A stretch of DNA of 64,000 nucleotides from Candidatus Collierbacteria bacterium UBA2277. Its GTDB lineage: Bacteria > Patescibacteriota > Microgenomatia > UBA1400 > MFAQ01. The notes under the pieces were generated by a model. The model was not told where the DNA came from. It saw only the letters and a list, made by a program, of their open reading frames with translations, and searched no databases. How positions within the stretch are numbered: the stretch's first letter is position 1; each line of letters starts with the position of its first letter. Both the position numbers and the translations under genes were made by a program. The stretch spans positions 100,443 through 164,442 of the forward strand of contig DDWV01000001.1 of the NCBI GenBank assembly GCA_002347045.1, written 5' to 3'. Shown one piece after another: positions 21,081-30,058 of the stretch.

Positions 21081-22094
21081 ATGGCTGCCCATTTTGGATT
21101 AGATATTGGATCTACTAGTATTAAGATACTAAAGATTGATGGAAATAAAGTTACTAGTGTTGTAGTAGCCCAAAACCCAACAGGTAAAAATATTACCCTC
21201 ATGAGCAACGCTGAGAAAATCGCATTGGCAGACCAGCTTAAAGAAATGATCAAGTCTGCAGGACTTCGAGGGAAGCAGGTTGTGGCCTCGATTTCTGAGT
21301 CGCTGATTTATTCTCGAATTATGAAGTTTCCTATTATGTCTTCGCCAGAGTTGGCAACCGCAATAAAATGGGAGCTTGATCAGTCGGTCCCCTTTCCTCC
21401 AAATGAAGTAGAGACATCTTGGGCAGTCTTAGAAAAACCGGACAAATTAAAAGGTGATGAAAAAATTTCTGTTTATGTAGTAGCAGTCCCGACAAAAGTT
21501 TCTGATGCTTATGTTCAGTTATTAGAGTTAGTTGAGGTCGAACCTGTTAGATTAGAGAACGAAATTCCTGCATTGATAAGAGCGTTTTCAAGTTCACTTA
21601 TTGACTCGAGTCCTTCAATTTTGGTAGATATCGGTGCTAGTGGAACTGTCTTAATTTTAGCCGGTAAAGAAAAAATATTTGGGAACTACTATTTGCCATA
21701 TGGTGGATCTGTGATGACGAAACTTGTGGCAGATACTTTTAGGCTTTCGATCGCTCAGGCTGAAAGCTATAAAAGGACTTATGGGATGGTTGAAGATCAG
21801 CTCGAGGGGAAAATGCTTTCTGTTCTGAAACCAGTAATTGATAATTTAATTGGTGAGATAAAGAAGATGTCGATATCATTTCAAAATGAACATCCTGATT
21901 CCACCGTAAACCGAGTTATTTTAACTGGAGGAGGATCTTATCTTTTAGGTTTAATTTCGTATTTGTCAAAATCACTAGAAGGAACGGAAGTTGTGTTGGG
22001 TAATCCGTTTTTTGATAAGGTTGTCGATCCAAAATATCAAGCACTGGCTCCGATCTTTTCTATTACTTATGGTTTGGCAGCTGATCAACCCTGA
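21081..22094 (+). CDS. pilM: type IV pilus assembly protein PilM (actin-like ATPase fold)
   Basis: FGLDIGSTSIKILKI N-terminus and …VILTGGGSYLLGL… sugar-kinase/actin fold motifs. Confidence 0.85.
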   Translation: MAAHFGLDIGSTSIKILKIDGNKVTSVVVAQNPTGKNITLMSNAEKIALADQLKEMIKSAGLRGKQVVASISESLIYSRIMKFPIMSSPELATAIKWELDQSVPFPPNEVETSWAVLEKPDKLKGDEKISVYVVAVPTKVSDAYVQLLELVEVEPVRLENEIPALIRAFSSSLIDSSPSILVDIGASGTVLILAGKEKIFGNYYLPYGGSVMTKLVADTFRLSIAQAESYKRTYGMVEDQLEGKMLSVLKPVIDNLIGEIKKMSISFQNEHPDSTVNRVILTGGGSYLLGLISYLSKSLEGTEVVLGNPFFDKVVDPKYQALAPIFSITYGLAADQP

Positions 22095-22645
22095 TGAAAA
22101 TTAATTTAATTAGCAAAAGAAGAAGAGGTTCCTCAGAAAGAAACTGGACAAAGATAATTTCATATGCTTTGTTTGGATCGTTTAGTTTATATTTTTTAGG
22201 TGTGACGCTATATGTTGTTATATCAATATTATCTTTAAACTCTAAGATTTCAAGTGCTCAAAGTGAGTCTCTTAGTATTTCACAGTCTATGCTTAGCAAC
22301 AACGAAAAGTTAAGTCGTTTTGCTTTAACTAAACTTATTCTTACTCAAATTGATAGTACGAACAAGACAAAGTTTCATTATAAGGAGTATCTAGATCAGA
22401 TTTCATCTTTTTTACCAAGAGATAGTGTTTTGACTGGTGTTGATTTTAAATTTAAAGGCTGGATATCTCTTTCTGTAAGTTCAAATAACGTTTATTCATT
22501 TAAAGCTTTAGAAAGTATATTGTTAAATGAAAATACTTGGAAAAATAGTGAATCTTTTTCAGGTGCGTATATTGAAGGTGTTTCGAAAGATAAAAATGGT
22601 ACATATACAACTCGATTACAATTAGAACTTAAGAATAATGGCTAG
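22094..22645 (+). CDS. pilN: PilN-like bitopic pilus alignment protein
   Basis: Single N-terminal TM followed by a periplasmic domain. Position directly after pilM. Confidence 0.5.
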   Translation: MKINLISKRRRGSSERNWTKIISYALFGSFSLYFLGVTLYVVISILSLNSKISSAQSESLSISQSMLSNNEKLSRFALTKLILTQIDSTNKTKFHYKEYLDQISSFLPRDSVLTGVDFKFKGWISLSVSSNNVYSFKALESILLNENTWKNSESFSGAYIEGVSKDKNGTYTTRLQLELKNNG

Positions 22646-23447
22646 TGAAAAAATTGTAGGCTATAAAAATATTTTTGGGTTTGTTTTACCTGACTGGGTG
22701 GATGAGTCTTTGATCAGGCTAATAGTTTCTTTTTTGCTTTCTTCTGCTGTAATGTTTTTTGTACTGATATTTTTAATTTGGCCAAAGTTTGATGATATCA
22801 AGTCGCTAAAGGCTAGTTTATCAACGAAAATGGTGCAACTAGAGGCTCTAAGGGACTCCAAGGCTGGCTTTGACAAGTTAAGTGATGAAGTGGCTGAGAG
22901 TGCACAGGATATGGTTTTGCAGGCAATTCCAAGGGTTTATTCTCCTGAAAATGCAGTGTTTATGTTGAGGGGAATTGCCAACGAAACGCCAGGTCTTTCA
23001 ATTGTTTCCTATAAGTTACCAGCCGGAGTTCTTTTTGAGGCTGAAGAGACTAGTGTTGTAACGAAAAATGTCAAAGATGACGAGAGTGCAAGTTTTATTA
23101 GTTATCCAATTAGTTTGTCAATTACTGCTCCGGTAGAGTCTTTGTTGAGTTTTATTCGAAAAGTTGAGACAACTTTACCTTTCGGAGTGGTTTCTGATCT
23201 TGGTATGCAGGAGGTTAGTCGTTTGTCAAACTCATCGGCAGGAGATAAGTTAGTAAAGATGGAGCTTGAGGTCAAGTATTATCAAGTAATTTTAAAGCAA
23301 GTTGACATTGCTAAAATTAAACCAATTTCTTCGGACGATTTGGTCTTGATAGACACTCTTTCCACTTTTTCGCAAATGACTCAGTCTACAGGAGATGGTG
23401 GAATTCCATCCGTAAGCGGTAACACTGGTGGTTTGTTTGGTTTTTAA
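22638..23447 (+). CDS. pilO: PilO-like bitopic pilus alignment protein
   Basis: Single N-terminal TM, coiled-coil, then a globular domain. Position after pilN. Confidence 0.45.
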   Translation: MASEKIVGYKNIFGFVLPDWVDESLIRLIVSFLLSSAVMFFVLIFLIWPKFDDIKSLKASLSTKMVQLEALRDSKAGFDKLSDEVAESAQDMVLQAIPRVYSPENAVFMLRGIANETPGLSIVSYKLPAGVLFEAEETSVVTKNVKDDESASFISYPISLSITAPVESLLSFIRKVETTLPFGVVSDLGMQEVSRLSNSSAGDKLVKMELEVKYYQVILKQVDIAKIKPISSDDLVLIDTLSTFSQMTQSTGDGGIPSVSGNTGGLFGF

Positions 23448-23450
23448 ATA

Positions 23451-23487
23451 AAAAAACAACTCCCTTTGAGAGAAGTTGTTTTTTTAA
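23451..23487. terminator. bidirectional terminator hairpin between pilO and khpA, with T-runs on both strands
   Basis: AAACAACT…AGTTGTTT stem followed by TTTTTTT on the plus strand. The reverse complement is also followed by TTTTTTTAT. Confidence 0.55.
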
Positions 23488-23500
23488 GTATTTTTTATTT

Positions 23501-23890
23501 TTATTCTTCTACGAGTTCTTCTTTTTCTTCTTTTGCTTCTTCAATGACTTCAGCTATCTCTTCAATAGCATCTTCTTTTTCTTCATCAAGTTCAGCGGGT
23601 GTTTCGTTTTCGAGATCGTCTGTTTTTTCTTCTCTTGTCTCGGCCGTTCTATCTTCCTCAAGTAAGTCAACAATGGCTCTGGTACCTTTTTGAATGGCTG
23701 CTATTCTAATAATTTGTCTAATGGATTTGATGACTTTTCCCTGTTTACCAATTACTCTACCCACATCTTCAGGGTCGACTTTGATGAGATATTTTGTCGT
23801 ATCTTTGTCTTCTGTCTCTTCAATAGTGATTACAACACTTTCTGGGTGATTTACGATGTTACTAACGATGTATTCGATTAGTTGTTTCAT
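23501..23890 (-). CDS. khpA: KH-domain RNA-binding protein KhpA (UPF0109), with a long acidic C-terminal tail
   Basis: MKQLIEYIVSNIVNHPESV…VIGKQGKVIKSIRQI (GxxG KH motif). The tail is Glu-rich. Confidence 0.7.
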   Translation of the reverse strand: MKQLIEYIVSNIVNHPESVVITIEETEDKDTTKYLIKVDPEDVGRVIGKQGKVIKSIRQIIRIAAIQKGTRAIVDLLEEDRTAETREEKTDDLENETPAELDEEKEDAIEEIAEVIEEAKEEKEELVEE

Positions 23891-23891
23891 T

Positions 23892-24116
23892 TTATTTGAC
23901 TAATTTTCTAATGGTATCTGTTGGCTGTGCCCCTTTAGTAAGCCATAATTGATAATTTTCTTTATTTATTTCGATTTTGTTTTCTGTATCGTGGGGATTA
24001 TAAGTTCCCAAGATTTCGATAACCTTACCGGAAAGTTTTGATTTTTGTTCTGCAACAACAATACGATAAAAGCGTTGATTTTTTTTACCTGTAGGTTGTA
24101 GTTTGATTTTTAGCAT
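23892..24116 (-). CDS. rpsP: 30S ribosomal protein S16
   Basis: MLKIKLQPTGKKNQRFYRIVVAEQ… is a canonical S16 N-terminus. Confidence 0.9.
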   Translation of the reverse strand: MLKIKLQPTGKKNQRFYRIVVAEQKSKLSGKVIEILGTYNPHDTENKIEINKENYQLWLTKGAQPTDTIRKLVK

Positions 24117-24123
24117 AGCAGTA

Positions 24124-24807
24124 TTATATCAGTTCAAGTGCTTTTTTGGCTGCATTCTGTTCAGCCTCTTGTTTGCTTTTACCAGATCCAGTAGTTACGT
24201 TCTTATTATTGATAATTACCTGTACTTCAAATGTTTTGTTGTGGTCAGGACCTGTTTCTTGTGATGTTTTGTACTGTGGAGATGTATAACCTTTACTTTG
24301 AACAAGTTCTTGTAGCAAAGATTTTGAGTCTTTAAGCTTGTCTTCTGAGATTATGGTTTTGGCTGCCGGGAGGATAAACTTCTTGAAAAAATCACTTGCA
24401 GCTAATAATCCCCCATCACAGTATATTGCACCTATAAGACTTTCAATGACGTCCTCAAGAATTGAAGGGTTTTGTCTTCCTCCTGTGGCTTCCTCACCTT
24501 TACTCATTTTAATAAAATTATTAAAGCCATTTTGAATTGAGATAGTCGAAAGTGACTCCGTTCTTACAGTAGCGGATCTGGCTGCCGTTAAATAGCCCTC
24601 CATTTTATCTGGATACTGGTTAAATAGATAAACAGAAATTAGCATTTCCAGAATTGCGTCTCCAAGAAACTCCAGTCTTTCATAACTTTCGGTAATGCCT
24701 GGTTCGTTTAGGCATGACCTATGTGTAAGGGCTGCTGATAAAATATTGTCATCTTTAAAGGTGTACTCGATAAGTTCTTGAAGGGACTTATGGCTTGTGT
24801 TCTTCAT
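24124..24807 (-). CDS. rnc: ribonuclease III
   Basis: ERLEFLGDAILE catalytic signature and a C-terminal dsRBD. I chose the second ATG as start to limit the overlap with nusB; the track ORF runs to 24831. Confidence 0.88.
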   Translation of the reverse strand: MKNTSHKSLQELIEYTFKDDNILSAALTHRSCLNEPGITESYERLEFLGDAILEMLISVYLFNQYPDKMEGYLTAARSATVRTESLSTISIQNGFNNFIKMSKGEEATGGRQNPSILEDVIESLIGAIYCDGGLLAASDFFKKFILPAAKTIISEDKLKDSKSLLQELVQSKGYTSPQYKTSQETGPDHNKTFEVQVIINNKNVTTGSGKSKQEAEQNAAKKALELI

Positions 24808-25177
24808 GTGGTTTTTCTTCTCTACCCGCAAGTTTTATAGCTGAAGCAAGGGCACCGTTTACAAAACTTGAACTTGTTTTTCCTCCGTATCTTTTAGCTA
24901 TTTCTACTGCTTCGTCAATAATAACTTTTGTGGGTGTTTGGTCTTTAGACATGAGCTCGTAGACCGCTTGTCTTAGAACGGCGAGATCAACTCTGTTAAT
25001 TTGTGAAATTGGCCATTCTGGTGCGCATTCTTGAATAATCTCGTCTATTTTTTTGATGTTTGCCAGAATTTTGTCTACTCTTGAGGGGTGGTCTGGTTGA
25101 TCTGTAAAACTTCCAGCAAAAAGAGACTTAAATACAGCTATGCGTTTGAGGTGTCTAGGATCTTGGGCAGATTTCAC
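24788..25177 (-). CDS. nusB: transcription antitermination factor NusB-like
   Basis: …RHLKRIAVFKSLF…DLAVLRQAVYELM…DEAVEIAKRYGGKTSSSFVNGALASAI shows the NusB-family pattern. Confidence 0.6.
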   Translation of the reverse strand: MKSAQDPRHLKRIAVFKSLFAGSFTDQPDHPSRVDKILANIKKIDEIIQECAPEWPISQINRVDLAVLRQAVYELMSKDQTPTKVIIDEAVEIAKRYGGKTSSSFVNGALASAIKLAGREEKPHEEHKP

Positions 25178-25183
25178 GGTATT

Positions 25184-25336
25184 TTATTTAGCTTTACAAA
25201 CTGGACAAGCGTAGTGTGATTTTTTTAGATTGCCACACTTTTTGCATGAGATCATTTTGGGTTCAATAAGGTGAATTTGTGATCTTCGAGCGCCTTGCCT
25301 AGCTGTTGAAATTTTTCTTTTTGGTGTTGCGGCCAT
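25184..25336 (-). CDS. rpmF: 50S ribosomal protein L32
   Basis: Own translation: MAATPKRKISTARQGARRSQIHLIEPKMISCKKCGNLKKSHYACPVCKAK. It has the L32 N-terminus and a CxxC…CxxC zinc ribbon. It is below the ORF-track cutoff. Confidence 0.85.
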   Translation of the reverse strand: MAATPKRKISTARQGARRSQIHLIEPKMISCKKCGNLKKSHYACPVCKAK

Positions 25337-25373
25337 GATTTTTAAGTATTTTTCTAATAGTAACAGCTATATT

Positions 25374-27359
25374 TTAGCAAGTTGTGAGCTTGGTAGCAAT
25401 CTGCAGTGCTAACTTAGGGTCTTTTTTGATAATCATTAAGGCTGTGTTTTTGGCTAAAAGAAACAATTTCTTGGACCAAAAGTATTTTAATTTGGTTGAG
25501 AGTGATCCATGCTGCTTGATACCAAAGACCTCCCCAGCCCCTCTTAGTTTGAGGTCTTTCTGTGCAAGAATGAGGCCAGAGTGATACTTTTTAAGTAATT
25601 GAAGCCTCTCTTTTTGTTCGTCATCGTCGTTGCTGGGGACAAGAAAACAGTACCCTTGACCCGCTCCCCTACCAACTCTACCTCTTAATTGATGTAGCGC
25701 AGCCAAACCAAATCGTTCAGCTGAATGAATAATCATAATGTTTGCAGAAGGAATGTCGATACCCACTTCGATTAGAGATGTGGCTACTAATATTCCAGTT
25801 GATTTGTTTTTAAATTTGTTTAGTATTTTGTTTTGTTCTTCTGATTTCATTTTTCCGTGTATAGACGTGACGGAGTATTTTTCAGGAATTATCTTTCTAT
25901 ATAACTGGACAATTTTTTCGATTGAGGCAATGTTTTCATCGTGTTCTGTGATATTGGGGCAAACAACGAATATTTGATTTCCTTCATCAAGTTTTTTGAT
26001 TAGCCAGTTTGGACTATTTTTGAAACGAGTAGGTGTGATAACAAATGTCTTTGTAGGAAGTCTATTTTTGGGTTGGTGATTAATATTACTAATCTGGATA
26101 TCCCCAAGTAAACCGAGGGCTACTGTTCTTGGAATAGGAGTGGCAGACAGATTGAATAAGTGGGGCACTGGCTGTCTCTTGATGAGTTCGTCTCTTTGTT
26201 TAACGCCGAATTTGTGTTGTTCGTCGATTCCGAGAAAAACAAGAGGAAACTTTAATTTTTTGGGAATTTGGGTAATAAGAGCGTGTGTTCCTATGTATAG
26301 ATGAGGTTTACTTGTGTCCAGAGTTTCTTTGGATGAACTTGAGATAATTTGAGCTAGATCAGGAAACAAACCAAGAGTCTTGTATGTTTTGTAGTGTTGG
26401 TTGGCGAGTATTTCCGTAGGAGCCATAATCGCACAGCTATAGTTTTGAGCTAGACATTGATTTGCTGCGTATATTAAAGTTACGGTTTTTCCGGATCCAG
26501 TGTCTCCTTGTATCAGGCGATGCGTGAATGCATCTTTGTTGAGATCTTTGTATATGGAAGATATTGTTTTTTCTTGGTCCTTTGTTAGCTTAAAGGGTGT
26601 GTGTTCTTTTGATTTCTTGTCGATTATTAAACTTGACTTAATCGGAATAGATTTTCCTAGATTAAGTAGTTCAATCTGATTGACGAGAGAGATTCGGAGG
26701 TGTTCGTTAAATGATAATCTTTTGTCTGCGTGCCATCTATCTTGAGTGTTCTTTGGAAAGTGAATTTGGCTGTATGCAATTTTTTGGGATACTAAACAAT
26801 GGATATTAAGTATTTTTTCATCGAGGGGATCCTTGATGTCTGAGTTATTGATAATAAAAAATATTTTTGTTCTAAGTTGTTTTGAGCTTAAACCGGCTGT
26901 TTGAGGATATATCGGGACAAGACCGTGTGTATTTAGTGAGGACTCAGTTGCTGGTTCGATAAGTGGTGCGATGATGATAAGTTTTTTCCCCCAGAAAGAC
27001 GATTTCCCTGCGATTGTATATAAGATGTTTTCTTTAATTAGGCTTTTTATGTAAGGGTTGTTGAACCAAGTGAGACATACCTTTCCCGTTGTGTCACTAG
27101 CCATTACTTGTGTGAGTAGTTTTTTGGTGCCTGTAACTGTGGAGTATGGCTTTTCAAGTATTGCGTTAAAAACTTGAACTTTTCCTTCCTCGAGTCTGGA
27201 TATTGTGACGGGGGAAGTAAAGTCATAGTATTTGGTTGGAAAGTGGTGCAGGAGATCTCTTACTGTTTCAATTCCAAGTTTAGTCAACTTATCTACCGTG
27301 GCTGGGCCAACACCTTTTATTGATGAAACTGAGTCATTCAGATAATAAATGCTACTCAT
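25374..27359 (-). CDS. recG: ATP-dependent DNA helicase RecG
   Basis: N-terminal wedge domain, helicase motifs GDTGSGKT and DEQHKFGV, and a C-terminal RecG domain. Confidence 0.9.
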   Translation of the reverse strand: MSSIYYLNDSVSSIKGVGPATVDKLTKLGIETVRDLLHHFPTKYYDFTSPVTISRLEEGKVQVFNAILEKPYSTVTGTKKLLTQVMASDTTGKVCLTWFNNPYIKSLIKENILYTIAGKSSFWGKKLIIIAPLIEPATESSLNTHGLVPIYPQTAGLSSKQLRTKIFFIINNSDIKDPLDEKILNIHCLVSQKIAYSQIHFPKNTQDRWHADKRLSFNEHLRISLVNQIELLNLGKSIPIKSSLIIDKKSKEHTPFKLTKDQEKTISSIYKDLNKDAFTHRLIQGDTGSGKTVTLIYAANQCLAQNYSCAIMAPTEILANQHYKTYKTLGLFPDLAQIISSSSKETLDTSKPHLYIGTHALITQIPKKLKFPLVFLGIDEQHKFGVKQRDELIKRQPVPHLFNLSATPIPRTVALGLLGDIQISNINHQPKNRLPTKTFVITPTRFKNSPNWLIKKLDEGNQIFVVCPNITEHDENIASIEKIVQLYRKIIPEKYSVTSIHGKMKSEEQNKILNKFKNKSTGILVATSLIEVGIDIPSANIMIIHSAERFGLAALHQLRGRVGRGAGQGYCFLVPSNDDDEQKERLQLLKKYHSGLILAQKDLKLRGAGEVFGIKQHGSLSTKLKYFWSKKLFLLAKNTALMIIKKDPKLALQIATKLTTC

Positions 27360-27367
27360 TTTTATTA

Positions 27368-27460
27368 TTATATGAAGGCCGAGACAAAAGTTGTAAGGAC
27401 TAAAACTATGGTTCCGATGAAAATTATCGCGGTATAGAGCTTTCTTTTTCTTTTTGTCAT
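27368..27460 (-). CDS. possible 30-aa hydrophobic peptide upstream of recG (weak)
   Basis: Own translation: MTKRKRKLYTAIIFIGTIVLVLTTFVSAFI. There is no obvious SD, so this is speculative. Confidence 0.2.
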   Translation of the reverse strand: MTKRKRKLYTAIIFIGTIVLVLTTFVSAFI

Positions 27461-27523
27461 GTAAAATTATTATTTAATAGAATAATTATATATGTCATTT
27501 TGGTATAGTATTACTTAAGAACT

Positions 27524-30058
27524 ATGTACAGAAGAAGAAATAAAATTAATTTTTTGACAAAATTTTCTCAAGTGAATTTAGGAAAGCTTATCTTCTTTAG
27601 TTTAATTGGACTTACTTTTTTTGTTGCCTTAGTTTTTGTTTGGTACTCTAGAGGTTTGCCAGATCCGGGGAAAATTCAGCGACAGACTGGTTACTCTACT
27701 GAGATTTTAGATCGTACAGGTAAAACTGTTTTGTATGACGTTATTACAGATCAAGATAGACGCTTTGTACCTCTTTCTGAAGTCCCTCAAGCTCTTAAGG
27801 ACGCAACAATCTCTATTGAAGATAAGGATTTTTATAAACATCGTGGTTTCGATCCTCTAGCTTTTCTTCGTATCATAAAAAATGTGGTCGTAAATCGCAG
27901 GTTGATTGGAGGTTCTACCTTGACTCAACAGTTGGTTAAGAATGTTTTACTTACAAGTGAGAGAAGAGTTTCTAGAAAAATTAGAGAGTTTGTTTTGTCT
28001 GTTCGCATAGAAAAAACATATTCAAAAGATGAGATTTTGCAGATGTATCTCAACGAAGTACCATACGGAGGCGGGACATCTGGTGTCGCAGCGGCTGCGG
28101 CTTCGTATTTTGGAAAAGAGGTTGGTGATCTCACTTTAACAGAATCAATTATTCTTGCGGGGTTGCCTCAGGCACCATCAAGATACTCACCTTATATTGG
28201 GAAAGCGTTGGCTTATGTCCCAAGAGCTAAAGAAGTAGCGCGAAGAATGAGGGAAGATGGGAAGATAACAAAGGATGACGAAGAAATGGTTATCTCTGAA
28301 CTTGAAAATGTAGTCTTTAAAGGTATCGGGTCGAAGATTAAAGCACCTCATTTTGTAATGTATGTCAAGCAGATACTGGAAGAGAAATATGGTTCTGGTG
28401 TGTTGGATGTGGGTGGGTTAAAAGTAACGACTAGTCTTGACTGGGATTTACAGTCAAAAGCAGAGTCCACGGTACGTGAAGAAATTGCAAAAGTCAGTAA
28501 CAGTTTAAACATAAACAATGGAGCTTCGGTGATACTTGATACAAATAGTGGTGAGATTCTTAGTATGGTTGGGTCGAAAGATTATTTTGATAAGCTAATC
28601 GATGGTGAAGTCAATGTTACAACTAGATTAAGACAGCCTGGTTCTTCGATAAAACCCTTGGTTTATGCTACAGCTTTTTCAAAAGGTTTTTCACCTGCCT
28701 CTGTCTTGATGGATGTGGTTACTGAGTTTCCAGGGAAAGATGAAAATACTCCCTATATTCCAAAAAATTATGACGGCGGAGAACGTGGTTTACTCCATCT
28801 GAGGGAAGCTCTTGCTAGTTCAATTAATATTCCGGCAGTGAAATTGATAGCTTTGGTTGGCGTAGATGAGGTTTTGACTCAAGGATATAAGATGGGCATG
28901 GATTCTTTAAAGCCGACAAAAGAAACGTTGAGTCGTGTTGGATTGTCTATGGCTCTGGGGGGTGCTGAGGTAAAGCTTTTAGAGATGGCAGCTGCGTATA
29001 GTTCGTTTGCAAATGGTGGTTATAGAGTTGATCCGGTCCCGATTTTAAAGATTGAGGATAGCTCAGGCAAAGTAATTTTTGAACATAAGCAGCTTAAGCC
29101 CGAAAAAGTAATTGATGAAAAGGTAGGTTTTTTGATTAACTCTGTGTTGTCAGATAACAATGCACGCCTTTTAACTTTTGGAGTTAATTCTTACTTGAAT
29201 TTAGGTACTCGAGCTGTGGCTGTAAAAACTGGAACCACGAATGATTTGCGAGACAACTGGACGATTGGTTGGAGTAGAGATGTTATTGTCGGTGTGTGGG
29301 TAGGAAATAATGATAATGAAAGAATGAAAAATGTGGCCTCTGGAGTTTCAGGTGCGGCTCCTATATGGCGAAGACAGATGCTAGACTCTTTGACAAAGTA
29401 TCCTGATAAACCTTTTGAGGTCCCGTCAGGGGTGTCTCAGGTGGAAGTTGATAGAATATCAGGATATCCGGCACACGATGGCTTTCCAGCGTACAAAGAA
29501 TGGGTTATAAACGGTAGTTTGCCTACTGGACCTGACCCAATCCATACAAAACTTAAAGTTTGTAAATCTGATCAAAATAAACTGGCTGATCCTGTTTCGA
29601 TATCACAAGGAAATTATGAAGAAAAAGAGTACGTCGTTGTTAAAGAGAAAGACCCACTGACATCGAAAAATCTCTGGCAAGTGGGAATTAATAACTGGAT
29701 TGTTAGGCAAACGGATAATTTGTATAAACCACCGACCGAGGTGTGTGGTCCAACTTCCTTGATTGATATTCAAATTGTCTCTCCTCGTGACAAAACGCGT
29801 GTTGACGGAGAAACTGTCACTATTCGTTTTAATGTAGTTGCTTCAAAAACAATCGTTGAAGCAAAAATATATATTGATGAGACTCTTGAGCAAACCTTTA
29901 CGGAAGGTCCTTATATAAAAGAAATCAAGTTACACAAAGGACAATATAAGTTGAGAGTCACGGCTAAAGACAACGAAGGAAAGGAGGAGTCAAAGACTCA
30001 TCTATTTTCTGTTGATACGGATTGGATTAGTCCAACACCTTCTTCTGGTACTAACTAG
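27524..30058 (+). CDS. bifunctional class A penicillin-binding protein (glycosyltransferase GT51 + transpeptidase) with a C-terminal extension
   Basis: GT51 motifs (EDKDFYKHRGFD, GGSTLTQQLVKN), a transpeptidase SxxK/KTG(T) region (…AVKTGTTND…), and about 150 extra C-terminal residues. Confidence 0.88.
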   Translation: MYRRRNKINFLTKFSQVNLGKLIFFSLIGLTFFVALVFVWYSRGLPDPGKIQRQTGYSTEILDRTGKTVLYDVITDQDRRFVPLSEVPQALKDATISIEDKDFYKHRGFDPLAFLRIIKNVVVNRRLIGGSTLTQQLVKNVLLTSERRVSRKIREFVLSVRIEKTYSKDEILQMYLNEVPYGGGTSGVAAAAASYFGKEVGDLTLTESIILAGLPQAPSRYSPYIGKALAYVPRAKEVARRMREDGKITKDDEEMVISELENVVFKGIGSKIKAPHFVMYVKQILEEKYGSGVLDVGGLKVTTSLDWDLQSKAESTVREEIAKVSNSLNINNGASVILDTNSGEILSMVGSKDYFDKLIDGEVNVTTRLRQPGSSIKPLVYATAFSKGFSPASVLMDVVTEFPGKDENTPYIPKNYDGGERGLLHLREALASSINIPAVKLIALVGVDEVLTQGYKMGMDSLKPTKETLSRVGLSMALGGAEVKLLEMAAAYSSFANGGYRVDPVPILKIEDSSGKVIFEHKQLKPEKVIDEKVGFLINSVLSDNNARLLTFGVNSYLNLGTRAVAVKTGTTNDLRDNWTIGWSRDVIVGVWVGNNDNERMKNVASGVSGAAPIWRRQMLDSLTKYPDKPFEVPSGVSQVEVDRISGYPAHDGFPAYKEWVINGSLPTGPDPIHTKLKVCKSDQNKLADPVSISQGNYEEKEYVVVKEKDPLTSKNLWQVGINNWIVRQTDNLYKPPTEVCGPTSLIDIQIVSPRDKTRVDGETVTIRFNVVASKTIVEAKIYIDETLEQTFTEGPYIKEIKLHKGQYKLRVTAKDNEGKEESKTHLFSVDTDWISPTPSSGTN

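Noticed and set aside
23466-23890. Ser-rich ORF 23466..23693 (+) and ORF 23690..23881 (+)
   Set aside because: They are antisense to the khpA gene. The Ser-rich frame is the complement of the Glu-rich acidic tail.
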